A DNA stretch of 60,263 bases, counting the filler. It is 5 parts of 5 records of this genome, joined end to end, with 100 filler letters (N's around TTAATTAATTAA, not from the genome) between each part and the next. Parts side by side here need not be neighbours in the genome. Positions count along the whole stretch, not along the records: positions 1 to 14,128 come from SRR2962707_1068; positions 14,229 to 31,877 come from SRR2962707_1071; 3 more parts are not named here. One strand, given 5' to 3'. Positions 8,670 through 18,932 of this stretch are shown here, piece after piece. The position numbers and the translations under genes were made by a program. Numbering within the stretch: position 1 is the first letter of the stretch; each line of letters starts with the position of its first letter. Below the pieces are notes generated by a model that made no database searches, was not told where the DNA came from, and was given only the letters and a program-made list of their open reading frames with translations.

Positions 8670-9980
8670 GTGATGATCGAGACATATGTTTCCTTGGCGA
8701 CGCATCCACTGCTCTGGACCTTTGTCGCGCTGCTGGCGGTTTTCTATCTGATCCAGCTGTCGGTGCGCCCGGACACCGAGGCCCCCGCCCCAGACCGCGA
8801 GACCGGGCTGCTGCCCGAATTCGGTCTGGCGCGGTTGCCGCGTCTGGTGGTCGTGGTCGGGGTGATGATCTGGGGCGCGCTGCTTTGTGCGCTGGTGGCT
8901 GGGCTGTTCTGGATCGTCTGGCAGTTGGCAGGATACGGGCTGAACCTGACCCGGGACACGGTGGTCGATCTGCGCTGGTCGCTGCTGACACTGACGGCGC
9001 AGACGGCGGCCTTGGGCGCGGTGATCGCCCTGCCCTTCAGCCTGCTGCGGATCAAATTGACCGCCGCGCAGAATGCCACGGCGGACGAGTCGCTGTTCAA
9101 CGACAAGATCAACGCCGCAACGACGGATCTGTATGCGCAGCGGCAGGTGACCGAGGATTTAGCCGACGGCACTCGGTTCAACCGCTATCAAGACGACGTG
9201 ATCAAACGCAACGCCGCCATCGACCGGTTGGAGGGATTGGTCGAGGAACGCCCCGACACCGCCCCCCGGATCGCCCGGATGCTGAGCGTCTATGTCCGGG
9301 AATTGTCGCGGGAACTGCCGCCAAAAGCGGTGCCCGAAGGGGCAGACCCCAAGGCATTGCTGGAATGGGCGCTAACTCTGGAACCTGCCCGGTCGGATCT
9401 GGAAAAGGCGGTCCAGACCCTTGGCCGCCTGCGGCGGGTGTCCAAGCGCCCTGCCGAAGAGGTGCCGATCGACCTGCGCAAGGCCAATCTTCAGGGCTTT
9501 GACCTGTCAAAGCTGGATTTTGAAAAGGCCAGCTTAGGCGGGGCGCAGTTGCAGGGGGTAGACCTCTACAAGGCGCAGTTGCAGGGGGTAAAACTCCTCG
9601 AGGCGCAGTTGCAGGGGGCACACTTCGGCTGGGCGCAGTTGCAGGGGGCACACCTCGGCTGGGCGGAGTTGCAGGGGGCAGACCTCGGCTGGGCACAGTT
9701 ACAGGGGGCACAGCTCTTCAGGGCGGATTTTGACGCCTCAACCTCTCTCAAGGCCGCTGCTCTTCGAGGTGCGGCCTTGAGAGAGGTTGATTGTACCATA
9801 ACACAGTTTTCACCCGAGCAGCTTGAGGCGGCGTTTGGCGATTCCTCGGTGATACTTGGCGATCAGCCCAGACCGGCAACCTGGGATCAGGGGGAAGAGC
9901 CGCTTGACTGGCTGGACTTCAGGCGGGCGTGGCACGCCCACATGCGCAAGCTTGGCATGGACCCGGATGATCCGACCTGA
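8670..9980 (+). CDS. Membrane-anchored pentapeptide-repeat protein
   Basis: Three N-terminal hydrophobic segments, helical mid-domain, IDLRKANLQG followed by (AQLQG-xxxxx)n. Confidence 0.88.
   Translation: MMIETYVSLATHPLLWTFVALLAVFYLIQLSVRPDTEAPAPDRETGLLPEFGLARLPRLVVVVGVMIWGALLCALVAGLFWIVWQLAGYGLNLTRDTVVDLRWSLLTLTAQTAALGAVIALPFSLLRIKLTAAQNATADESLFNDKINAATTDLYAQRQVTEDLADGTRFNRYQDDVIKRNAAIDRLEGLVEERPDTAPRIARMLSVYVRELSRELPPKAVPEGADPKALLEWALTLEPARSDLEKAVQTLGRLRRVSKRPAEEVPIDLRKANLQGFDLSKLDFEKASLGGAQLQGVDLYKAQLQGVKLLEAQLQGAHFGWAQLQGAHLGWAELQGADLGWAQLQGAQLFRADFDASTSLKAAALRGAALREVDCTITQFSPEQLEAAFGDSSVILGDQPRPATWDQGEEPLDWLDFRRAWHAHMRKLGMDPDDPT
9541..9725 (+). repeat. 30-bp tandem repeat, 6 units, inside the pentapeptide gene
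   Basis: Units start at 9541, 9571, 9601, 9631, 9661, 9691 with a GGCGCAGTTGCAGGGGG core. Confidence 0.92.
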
Positions 9981-10342
9981 GTACGGGGTGAACCCCGCCC
10001 TACGGCGTTGCCCCCCGCGTTCTGCGCGCCGGGTGGTGCCTGCCCGTGGGGTGGCGCTGGGGCGGTTTGGCATGGCATTTTATCGTGCAACACACATCCT
10101 CCCGTGAGGTTAGGCGCTTACCTCACCAAAGCGACAGCCCGTCTCGCCAGAGGCGAGCCGACTCATATCGGCGCACCTTTGGCCAGCCCGTCTCGCCAGA
10201 GGCGAGCCGATTCATATCGGCGCACCTTTGGTGCGACCCGAACGGGCAGGCGCTGCCCGGCGGTGCTGCGCAGCTTGATTCCGGGCGGGGGTTGGGTTCA
10301 GATAATTTGGCTGACGGGGGGACGGGGTGAACCCTGCCCTAC
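9981..10342. repeat. Composite REP/MITE-like palindromic cluster
   Basis: Two GTAG-type REP-like copies on the minus strand (9981-10003, 10320-10342), an inverted pair about 10027-10047/10242-10262, and a 49-bp tandem duplication (10135-10182, 10184-10231) made of mini-hairpins. Confidence 0.75.
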
Positions 10343-10408
10343 ACCTTGGCCCAAAGATGTTGCATAAGGTTGCGACGACTCAATTTTGCCTGTCCAAGGA
10401 CCGATCCC

Positions 10409-11701
10409 ATGCATGATATCCGCGCGCTTCGCGACAACCCGGCTGCGTTTGACGCGGCGCTTCTGCGTCTTGGAACCGGGGGCGTGTCGGCCCAGATCCT
10501 GACCCTTGACGAGGCGCGGCGCGGGGCGATCCATGCGGCAGAGTCGGCGCAGGCCGAACAGAACGCCGCCTCCAAGGACGTGGGCCGCGCCAAGGCGAGC
10601 GGCGATGAGGCCGAATTCGAACGGCTGCGCGCGCTGGTGGGCGACAAAAAGGCCGAGGTGGCCGCAATGCAGGCCCGCGCGAAAGAGCTGGATGAGGAAC
10701 TGACGGCGCTGCTGATGGCGATCCCGAACCTGCCGTTCGACGACACACCAGACGGTGCGGACGAGGCGGACAATGTCGAGATGCGCCGGTGGGGCACGCC
10801 GCGCGCGTTGGATTTCACCGCGAAAGAGCATTACGAGATTCCGGCCGTCATCCCGGGGATGGATTTCGAGGTGGCGGCCAAGCTGTCGGGGGCGCGGTTC
10901 GTCGTGCTGTCTGGCGCTGTGGCGCGGGTGCACCGGGCGCTGGCGCAGTTCATGCTGGACACCCATATCGAGGAAAACGGGCTGGCCGAGACATGGACCC
11001 CGGTTCTGGTGCGCGACGAAATGATGCTGGGCACCGGGCAGCTGCCGAAATTCGGCGAGGATTCGTACCGGACCACAAATGGTTGGTGGCTGGTACCGAC
11101 GGCCGAGGTGACGCTGACCAATATCGTCAATGGTCTGACGGTCGAGGAATCCACCCTGCCGCGCCGGTATGTGGCGCATACGCAGTGTTTCCGGTCCGAG
11201 GCGGGCAGCGCAGGGCGCGACACGGCGGGGATGCTGCGCCAGCATCAGTTCGAAAAGGTCGAGATGGTGTCGGTCACCCACCCGGATCAGAGCCGCGCCG
11301 AACATGACCGCATGACCGATTGCGCCGAGGGCATCCTGCGCCGTCTGGAGCTGCCGTTCCGCACGGTTGTGCTCTGCACCGGTGATATGGGGTTTTGCGC
11401 AGGCCGTACCCATGACATCGAAGTCTGGCTGCCCGGGCAGAACACGTACCGCGAGATCAGTTCAATTTCCGTCTGTGGCGACTTTCAGGCGCGGCGGATG
11501 AATGCGCGGTTCAAACCCGCCGCTGGTGGCAAACCCGAGTTCGTGCATACGCTGAACGGGTCCGGCCTTGCCGTGGGGCGCTGCCTGATCGCGGTTCTGG
11601 AAAATGGTCAGCAGGCGGATGGATCTGTCGAACTGCCGGCGGCGCTGCACCCGTGGCTGCGCGGCAAGACGCGAATCACGGCCCAGGGCGAGTTGGTCTG
11701 A
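10409..11701 (+). CDS. serS: Serine--tRNA ligase (bacterial)
   Basis: MHDIRALR start, [44 protein letters not shown]. Confidence 0.98.
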   Translation: MHDIRALRDNPAAFDAALLRLGTGGVSAQILTLDEARRGAIHAAESAQAEQNAASKDVGRAKASGDEAEFERLRALVGDKKAEVAAMQARAKELDEELTALLMAIPNLPFDDTPDGADEADNVEMRRWGTPRALDFTAKEHYEIPAVIPGMDFEVAAKLSGARFVVLSGAVARVHRALAQFMLDTHIEENGLAETWTPVLVRDEMMLGTGQLPKFGEDSYRTTNGWWLVPTAEVTLTNIVNGLTVEESTLPRRYVAHTQCFRSEAGSAGRDTAGMLRQHQFEKVEMVSVTHPDQSRAEHDRMTDCAEGILRRLELPFRTVVLCTGDMGFCAGRTHDIEVWLPGQNTYREISSISVCGDFQARRMNARFKPAAGGKPEFVHTLNGSGLAVGRCLIAVLENGQQADGSVELPAALHPWLRGKTRITAQGELV

Positions 11702-11704
11702 GCT

Positions 11705-12406
11705 GTGGCGCGTCTTTGGTCGATACTTGTCTTGCTCGCTGCGCTGGCCTTTGCCGCGTCGCCATGGCTGGTCGATGGGTTCAACGGATTTTCGGCGGAT
11801 CAGTTTCCGGTGCCGTTGCAGAATCCGCCGGTCCAGCCTGCGGGCTATGCCTTTGCGATCTGGGGGCTGATTTATGCCTGGCTGATTGCCAGCGCGGTGT
11901 TCGGGGTGATCTGGCGTGGCGATGATCCCGATTGGGCCACGATGCGCCCGCCGCTGTTTGCAAGCCTTGTGGTCGGTGCGGTCTGGCTGCCAGTTGCAAT
12001 GGCTTCGCCCATCTGGGCGACAGTGCTGATCTGGATCATGCTGGGCACTGCGCTGCTGGCGCTATTCCGGGTCGGGGACACCGATCGGTGGTGGCAACAG
12101 GCACCGGTAGCGGTCTATGCCGGCTGGCTGACGGCGGCGAGCGCGGTGGCGGTTGGCGTGGTTCTGGGCGGTTACGGCTGGATGGCACCAACACCAGCGG
12201 CGCTGGTTTCGCTGAGCCTGGGCCTTCTCATCGCGCTGGTGGTGCAGTACAGGCTGCACCGGGCCCCGTCCTACGGTGTCACGGTCATCTGGGCGCTGGT
12301 CGGCGTGATCGTTGCGAATTACCAGCCCCTTAACATCGCGGTGTCCGGGCTGGCCGTGCTCGGTATTCTGGCCATTCTGGCACTGCGCGGGACCGATACG
12401 GAATAG
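11705..12406 (+). CDS. TspO/MBR-like tryptophan-rich membrane protein
   Basis: QPAGYAFAIWGLIY, VYAGWLTAAS, VIWALVGV; multi-TM. Confidence 0.7.
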   Translation: MARLWSILVLLAALAFAASPWLVDGFNGFSADQFPVPLQNPPVQPAGYAFAIWGLIYAWLIASAVFGVIWRGDDPDWATMRPPLFASLVVGAVWLPVAMASPIWATVLIWIMLGTALLALFRVGDTDRWWQQAPVAVYAGWLTAASAVAVGVVLGGYGWMAPTPAALVSLSLGLLIALVVQYRLHRAPSYGVTVIWALVGVIVANYQPLNIAVSGLAVLGILAILALRGTDTE

Positions 12407-12495
12407 GGTGCACATGTTCGGCCAGTGTCGGCGGGCCGTTTATCATCCATCAGGGCGGCGCGGCCCTTTGTCGGTGACTTTTTGGCGGGGCCGGA

Positions 12496-14128
12496 TTATT
12501 CCGCCGCCGCACCCGCCCCCTGCCCCTGTACGGTCTGATAAGCATCAAACTGCGACAGGAACACCTGCCCCGTCAGCTGATCGAGCAGATGGCCGCGTTT
12601 CAGGCGGTCCATAACGGGGCCTTTCACCTCAGAGAGGTGCAACTTTACCCCCATTTCGGACAGGCGTGTGTTGATCGCCTCAAGGGATTCCACCGCGCTC
12701 AGGTCGACCTCGTTTACAGCCGAACACATCAGGATCACATGGCGCAGCGCGGTGTCGCCGGTGACGCGGTTCGTCACACAATCCTCAAGGAATCGGGCAT
12801 TCGCGAAATACAGACTTTCGTCCACCCGCAGGGTCAGCACAGAGGGGTTGGTTTGAACCTCGTGACGGTGGATGTTGCGAAAGTGTTGCGTGCCGGGGAC
12901 CAGCCCGACCTCGGCCACATGGGGGCGCGATGTCTTGTGCAGGTGCAGCAGGATCGACAGTAGCACGCCCGAAGAAACGCCTGCCTCGACCCCGACCAGC
13001 AGGGTGATCAGCATAGTCACCGCCACGGCGGCGAAATCGCGGCGCGAATAGGTCCAGGCGGTTTTCAGGATCGACAGGTCCACCAGACCCAGCACAGCGA
13101 CAATGATTGTCGCGGCCAGCGTGGCGTTCGGAAGATAATGGATCAGCGGCGTCAGCATCAGCGCGGCAATGCCCAGACCCACGGCGGTATAGGCCCCGGC
13201 GGCAGGGGTTTCGGCGCCGGCGTCAAAGTTCACCACCGACCGGGAAAAGCCCCCCGTTACCGGAAAACCCCCGGTAAAGGCCGCGCCAAGGTTGGCAGCC
13301 CCCAACCCGATGAGTTCCTGATCCGGGTCGATGCGCTGGCGGCGGCGGGCGGCCAGTGTCTGGGCCACGGAAATCGATTCCACAAATCCGATGATCGAAA
13401 TCAGCAGCGCCGGGATCATCAACTGTTTGATCAGCTCGGGCGACAGTAACGGCATGGTCAGCGGTGGCAGGCCCTGCGGGACCACACCAACGATGTTAAC
13501 GCCGCGCGCATCCAGCCCCAGCGCCCAGACGGTTGCGGTGGTGACAATGACTGCGGCCACCGGGCCGGCCTTGGTCAACGCATCCGCCATGGCGGGCGAC
13601 ACACCCCGCGCGCGCAACAGCGGCTTTAGCCCCTTGCGAACCCAGAACAGGAACGCCGTAGCAGATAGGCCGATAGCCAGCGTCCAGAAATTGACGGCCC
13701 CCAGATTCGTCACCAAAGAGGTCAGAATTTCAACCAGCGTATGGCCCGAGGCGGGTATGCCAAGGATGTATTTCAGTTGGCTGGCCGCAATCAGGATGCC
13801 CGATGCGGTGATAAAACCAGAAATGACCGGGTGCGACAGAAAATTGGCCAAAAACCCCAGCCGAAAGATACCCATCCCCAGCAGCATCAGGCCAGACAGC
13901 AGCGCAAGGGTCAGCGCGGCGGCGGCATAGCCGATTGTGCCCTGCACCGCGATATTGCCGATGGCCGCCGCCGTCATCAGCGACACAACCGCAACAGGGC
14001 CGACCGCCAGCGCACGGCTGGTGCCAAAGACCGCATATAACATGATCGGCACGATCGACGCATAAAGCCCGGCCTCGGGCGGCAGACCGGCCAACAGAGC
14101 ATAGGCCAAGGATTGCGGGATCAGCATG
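12496..14128 (-). CDS. sulP: SulP family inorganic anion transporter with STAS domain (5' truncated)
   Basis: IPQSLAYALLAGLPPEAGLY, GGFSRS, LYFANA, STAS C-terminus. Confidence 0.95.
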
Positions 14129-14228
14129 NNNNNNNNNNNNNNNNNNNNNNNNNNNNNNNNNNNNNNNNNNNNTTAATTAATTAANNNNNNNNNNNNNNNN
14201 NNNNNNNNNNNNNNNNNNNNNNNNNNNN
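14129..14228. other. Artificial contig spacer (N44-TTAATTAATTAA-N44)
   Basis: All-frame stop linker flanked by N runs; composition and taxonomy change across it. Confidence 0.98.
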
Positions 14229-14229
14229 G

Positions 14230-14379
14230 CTTGTAGATATCAAGGATACCATCAAAGGGTTTAACATGATCATGGATGGTGAGCTTGACCACTTGCCGGA
14301 AGCAGCATTCAACCTTGTGGGTACCATCGAGCAGGCAATCGAGAAAGGTGAGAAATTGATGGCTGAGGCTAACGCTTAA
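14230..14379 (+). CDS. atpD: F1F0 ATP synthase beta subunit, C-terminal fragment (not in ORF track)
   Basis: Hand translation [49 protein letters not shown]. Confidence 0.93.
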   Translation, partial: LVDIKDTIKGFNMIMDGELDHLPEAAFNLVGTIEQAIEKGEKLMAEANA

Positions 14380-14385
14380 AGAGCT

Positions 14386-14637
14386 ATGTTTTTAGAAATA
14401 GTAACACCGGACGAGAAAGTATTCGAAGGAGAAGTGGTTAGTGCCTCTTTCCCCGGAAGCGATGGTTCATTCCAGATATTGAATAACCACGCAGCAATGG
14501 TTTCTACGCTAGGTAAAGGAGATATTTGCTACAAACCTGAGAAAAAGGATGAAGTTCATATCCTTGTAGAAGGAGGGGTTGTAGAAGTGATGAACAATAA
14601 AGTGAATGTTTTAGTAGAGAAAATATTTGCTGAATAA
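14386..14637 (+). CDS. atpC: F1F0 ATP synthase epsilon subunit (short Bacteroidota type)
   Basis: LEIVTPD, GSFQILNNHA, GGVVEV; follows atpD. Confidence 0.95.
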   Translation: MFLEIVTPDEKVFEGEVVSASFPGSDGSFQILNNHAAMVSTLGKGDICYKPEKKDEVHILVEGGVVEVMNNKVNVLVEKIFAE

Positions 14638-14659
14638 CAGATACTGAAAATTTTAATTG

Positions 14660-14696
14660 AAAGCCATCCGGATTATTCTGGATGGCTTTTTTGTTT
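14660..14696 (+). terminator. Rho-independent terminator after atpC
   Basis: AAAGCCATCCGGA-loop-TCTGGATGGCTTTTTT hairpin with U-tract. Confidence 0.85.
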
Positions 14697-14834
14697 AACA
14701 AGCTTTAACCCTAAATAGGAGTCATATGAGCATTTATCGTAATAGATTCCCTTCCAATTCCAGGTTGCGATAAAAATTGGTTTCTTTTTTGTACTCAGAC
14801 AACCAACCAGCCGCATTCCGCATTCTACTACCAA

Positions 14835-15386
14835 ATGCTACTCTTGAATACCAAAGACCTAATCGAAAAGAGCAAATCCGGAGACCGAAAGGCTCAGAAG
14901 CAGCTTTACAAGCGACTCTGTACACCCATGATGGGCGTTTGCATTCGCTACATGAAAAGCACCGAAGATGCTGAAGATGTATTGCTCGAAGGTTTTTACA
15001 AAGTATTTAAGAATCTCAAACAATTCAATTACGAGAATGAAAGTGCATTTTTTGGCTGGGTGAAGAGAATCATGGTGAATGAAGCTTTGATGAAGCTGAG
15101 GAAGAACAAAGAAATTCAGCTACTAGCCATTAATGAGGATTTAGATAAAGAGGTTGATGTTTCACCGCTTGATCAGCTCCAAACGGCAGACCTTCTGAAA
15201 ATGATACGGTCTATTCCAGTTGGCTATCGTACGGTTTTTAACCTATATGAGGTGGAAGGGTACTCTCACCAGGAAATTAGTGAACAACTGGGTGTTTCAA
15301 TCGGCACTTCTAAATCCCAATTATTTAAAGCGAAGAAACTACTTCGTGAAATGTTAGACATAAAAAATGAAAGCTATGGCTCATAA
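14835..15386 (+). CDS. ECF-type RNA polymerase sigma-70 factor
   Basis: DAEDVLLEGFYKVF (region 2), YRTVFNLYEVEGYSHQEISEQLGVSIGTSKSQL (region 4). Confidence 0.94.
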   Translation: MLLLNTKDLIEKSKSGDRKAQKQLYKRLCTPMMGVCIRYMKSTEDAEDVLLEGFYKVFKNLKQFNYENESAFFGWVKRIMVNEALMKLRKNKEIQLLAINEDLDKEVDVSPLDQLQTADLLKMIRSIPVGYRTVFNLYEVEGYSHQEISEQLGVSIGTSKSQLFKAKKLLREMLDIKNESYGS

Positions 15387-15978
15387 AGAATTGTCAAAGA
15401 AATTGGATCAGATTTCAAGCCTGGATCTAGGCTTTGAATTCGATGATGAGGTGATCTGGTCAAAGCTGGATGGACGATTGGATAATCGTAAGCCACTAGC
15501 CATTTGGTGGGTAGCTGCGGCATGTCTGGTTTTAGGTTTGGCTTTCATTCTTAATCCGTCAACCGAGCGATCAAAGAATCTAACTCTTACAGAGCAATCA
15601 AGGGCCTCAGAAGTAGGGGTTCAAGTTCCTGCTGTCGTGCAGGAACAAGCTAATCGACCAGTTACCGTTGATGAAGTGTCTCATTATGAAGAACCAAAAG
15701 CACTAAAAAAGAAAGGCATAGATCCTTTACACCTGGCAAGCTTACCAGCGATAAAATTAGAGTTGGAACCAGTTGCGATTCCGCTTAAAAAAGAAAAGAA
15801 CAGGTCGCTGTTTGCGGCAGAAGATATTTCAACAATACAGGCCAGTCTCGAGCAGTATAACGTTGAAAAAGGAAGAACGATGACCATAAGAGCTCAGTGG
15901 CAGAAATCTCCCGATGAATTAAATGTCAATTATCAAGCATTAAAGATTAAGCTCTATGAAAAAGATAAAAATCAATAA
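15367..15978 (+). CDS. Single-TM protein, probable anti-sigma factor
   Basis: Overlaps ECF stop; short N-terminus with IWSKLD, then WWVAAACLVLGL TM. Confidence 0.6.
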   Translation: MKAMAHKELSKKLDQISSLDLGFEFDDEVIWSKLDGRLDNRKPLAIWWVAAACLVLGLAFILNPSTERSKNLTLTEQSRASEVGVQVPAVVQEQANRPVTVDEVSHYEEPKALKKKGIDPLHLASLPAIKLELEPVAIPLKKEKNRSLFAAEDISTIQASLEQYNVEKGRTMTIRAQWQKSPDELNVNYQALKIKLYEKDKNQ

Positions 15979-16987
15979 ATACATCGTCCTCATTTTTCTA
16001 TGTATTGGAATAATTGAAGGATATACACAAGGTTCAATTCAGCCACTTAGCATCAATTACCCGGATACATTGGTTCTTAAAACAGACACAAACAATGAAG
16101 TCATTTTTTCATTCAACAGAATGAGCAGAAAGAAGGAGTATCTCACCGATGATCTCTGGAAGTCGACTGTGAACATTATGGAAACAGCAGTCAATAATAC
16201 AGAATTGGATGGTGGACTGGTGGTCACTTATCGAAAGGTTGAAGAAGGTGAGGAAGAAGTGGCTAAGGTTGAGGTATCCAAGCTGGAAAGACCCAACGAT
16301 ATTTATGTTATCGGCGGAGATGAAGTTGTTCAGAAAAATGCTGACCGAATTGAATTTCGAATGCACTATGAGCAACTAACGATAAGTTTTTCAGTGAATC
16401 AACTGGCGGAGTTGGAAGAAATAAAAGCGTTAGAGATTGAGTCGGTCTGGTCTCAAATAGAAATGAAGTTCGAGGATAAAGGTCGACGTAATCTCTATAG
16501 TGGAACGGGAGAAATTAAATATGGAAAAGCTAACATAAGTCAGATTGAAGGAAATAACCATGGAGTGGACAATATCGAGCTTAGCGCAGGAGTTGGATTA
16601 GGTTTCTATCGTGATCGTTGGGTTCCTGATATAGGCTTTAAAATGGCGTTTAACATGCCGGATCGGTTAGGGAATCCACAGTTGCAATTTGGTGCACTAT
16701 ACACGCAGCACTATTTCTTCAGGGAAGAAGCTGAAGGCGACTTTAACCTTGATGTGAATGGATTCTTATCGGGTTTTATCTCACACCAGTTTTTACCAAA
16801 ATATGAACTTGGGTTGGCATTTGGTGCATTGATTCATAGAGATGGTGATTTTTATCAGGGAGGCACTTATAAGTTCTCAATCTATACACAGAAAAACGAA
16901 TCAAAAATCAGCTTCACGCCAGAACTCATTTTTACAAATGATTTCAAAGATGCTTTTCCGGCGATAAAGTTTGGGTTGTCCTTTTGA
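15956..16987 (+). CDS. Secreted hypothetical protein, probable C-terminal outer-membrane beta-barrel
   Basis: Signal peptide; amphipathic strands in C-terminal half; ends in KFGLSF. Confidence 0.55.
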   Translation: MKKIKINKYIVLIFLCIGIIEGYTQGSIQPLSINYPDTLVLKTDTNNEVIFSFNRMSRKKEYLTDDLWKSTVNIMETAVNNTELDGGLVVTYRKVEEGEEEVAKVEVSKLERPNDIYVIGGDEVVQKNADRIEFRMHYEQLTISFSVNQLAELEEIKALEIESVWSQIEMKFEDKGRRNLYSGTGEIKYGKANISQIEGNNHGVDNIELSAGVGLGFYRDRWVPDIGFKMAFNMPDRLGNPQLQFGALYTQHYFFREEAEGDFNLDVNGFLSGFISHQFLPKYELGLAFGALIHRDGDFYQGGTYKFSIYTQKNESKISFTPELIFTNDFKDAFPAIKFGLSF

Positions 16988-17041
16988 GAATACCCCAAAA
17001 AGGGGATGTTGTCGAAGAATCGAATCGGTTATTTTTAGCAA

Positions 17042-18301
17042 ATGAAACGATTCCTTCTCGACACCATCCTCTGCTCACTTTTCATCTTTGGGGTAATGGG
17101 TGCATTTGCATCCCTCACTTTTCTCAAAGTTTTTGATGCTTTTGACCCAATAGGTGAGATGTTCTCCGATTTTGAACTGACAGATATTGTGTTCTCTCAA
17201 CTACAGGATGACCCCATTGCCGATGAGCGAATTGTAATCGTAAATATCGGCGAAATACCCAGGGAAGGCATTGCACGTCAAATTGAGATTATCAACAAGT
17301 ACAGCCCAAAGGTTATTGGGCTGGATGTCATGTTGGATGCACCTAAGGAGTGGGCCGAAGATAGCGCTCTTACTCGTGTCTTATCTGAAACGCCCAATAT
17401 CATCATCGGGGAAAAGCTGATCAATTACAATGAGGAAAGAGGTGAATTTGAAACCACCATTAAGCCGGAAGATCACATTGTTCAGGAGTCAGCATTGGGG
17501 TACGTAAATATGATTACCGGTGCGAGAACACAGGAAGATTTGAAGATGTGTCGTGAGTTTACGCCATATGAAAAAGTGGATGGTGAAATTCGATACTCCT
17601 TCCCCGTTCGGCTTGCATATGCATATGATTCAGCAATGACTGAGAACTTTTTAGCACGTGGAAACGATGTGGAGGTGGTCAATTATAAAGGAAATATCAT
17701 CAGCTTTTCTTCGGCCCAATATGGAATGAAGTACTTCGCACTGGATGTATATGATGTTTTTGATGAGAATTTTACCGAGGACCTATTTGAAGATAAAATA
17801 GTTATCATGTGTTTTCTGGGTAAGTACATCGGAGATACCGAAACAACGGAGGATTACTATTTCACCCCCATGAATGAGAACTATGTCGGAAAAGCAAAGA
17901 ATGACATGTTTGGAGGAGTAGTTCATGCAAACATAATCTCTCAAATTCTCGATGATGATCACATCGATCAAATGTCGGAAAATGCTCAAATAGCTCTTGC
18001 GATCTTTTTTTGTTTGTTCAATGTGTTTCTATTCAAAATCATATATGGAGCTATGCCAAGATGGTATGATGGAATCACGAAAATTTTTCAATTAATAGAA
18101 GTTGCCGGGCTTGCCACTATCATGATCTATCTGCTATTGGTTTTTAATTATAAAGCTGATTTTACCCTCTCAATGATTGTAATTGCGCTATCGGGAGATT
18201 CACTCGAAGTGTATCATGGAGTGGTGAAGAATCTTTTTTCTAAGGAGAGAAGAAAAGAGGTTTTTAAAATCAACCGGAGGTTTTGGGAAGCGAAATCGTA
18301 G
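17042..18301 (+). CDS. CHASE2 domain membrane protein without output domain
   Basis: IVIVNIG, PKVIGLDVML, DKIVIM, GGVVHANIISQIL, then three TM helices and a short tail. Confidence 0.85.
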   Translation: MKRFLLDTILCSLFIFGVMGAFASLTFLKVFDAFDPIGEMFSDFELTDIVFSQLQDDPIADERIVIVNIGEIPREGIARQIEIINKYSPKVIGLDVMLDAPKEWAEDSALTRVLSETPNIIIGEKLINYNEERGEFETTIKPEDHIVQESALGYVNMITGARTQEDLKMCREFTPYEKVDGEIRYSFPVRLAYAYDSAMTENFLARGNDVEVVNYKGNIISFSSAQYGMKYFALDVYDVFDENFTEDLFEDKIVIMCFLGKYIGDTETTEDYYFTPMNENYVGKAKNDMFGGVVHANIISQILDDDHIDQMSENAQIALAIFFCLFNVFLFKIIYGAMPRWYDGITKIFQLIEVAGLATIMIYLLLVFNYKADFTLSMIVIALSGDSLEVYHGVVKNLFSKERRKEVFKINRRFWEAKS

Positions 18302-18881
18302 CGACATCAAATTCTAATTCGCCCAAATTCAACATAGCATTGATCAAACTCACTTTTTTAAAATAAACCAAGTCCTCAACACTGATGGAGGCTTCCTTTA
18401 TTTTCCCCTCGTTCAAAAGTTGTTGTCTTCGCACACCGTTTAACAAATAGCTGTTTGGAGTAAGCCAATCAGTGCCGTTCCAAAAGACCACATTGAAATA
18501 GGAGCCATCTGTGATTTTCCCATCAATGGCTATGATGATGTCATCGGCCTTTGATTGCTTGACTAGCTTATTGATATGTGAGCGGTCAGCATATTTCATG
18601 GAATAGTCAAATGGTTTGGAATGGACCACTTCCAGCGATTTAATGTTGCGTGGAAGATATTCTGCATACTCGATATCATATTCAGCGTCTTCGGTATCCA
18701 GGTCATAAACCAATCGAACCTTGTAGGTTCCATCAAGCTGAATATTTGGAAGAATATGACCTAAATCGTGGGATTCAATGGAAGGAGCAAATCGTTCGAA
18801 TGCACGATCCATTCTAGCCTGATGCAAAGGTAAATTCACGTATTGACCATCTTGCATTTGAATACTCTCAATTAGCTGCAT
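18270..18881 (-). CDS. pabC: Aminotransferase class IV family, probable 4-amino-4-deoxychorismate lyase
   Basis: LPLHQARM, KYADRS, ITDGSYFN, TP..YLLNGVRRQ, LINAM. Confidence 0.75.
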   Translation of the reverse strand: MQLIESIQMQDGQYVNLPLHQARMDRAFERFAPSIESHDLGHILPNIQLDGTYKVRLVYDLDTEDAEYDIEYAEYLPRNIKSLEVVHSKPFDYSMKYADRSHINKLVKQSKADDIIIAIDGKITDGSYFNVVFWNGTDWLTPNSYLLNGVRRQQLLNEGKIKEASISVEDLVYFKKVSLINAMLNLGELEFDVATISLPKTSG

Positions 18882-18932
18882 CTTTTTCGTCTTAGCTTAA
18901 AACTCTAACTTTATCTAAAAATAATCCTAGCT

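Noticed and set aside
9541..9725. 30-bp repeats as a CRISPR array or DGR variable region
   Set aside because: The units are contiguous in-frame coding repeats with no unique spacers. No cas gene, reverse transcriptase or template repeat is present, and the variation is not adenine-specific.
10135..10231. 49-bp duplication as a mini-CRISPR
   Set aside because: Two abutting copies with no spacer.
14386..14637. Truncated atpC pseudogene
   Set aside because: Short epsilon subunits lacking the C-terminal helices are normal in Bacteroidota, and a clean terminator follows.
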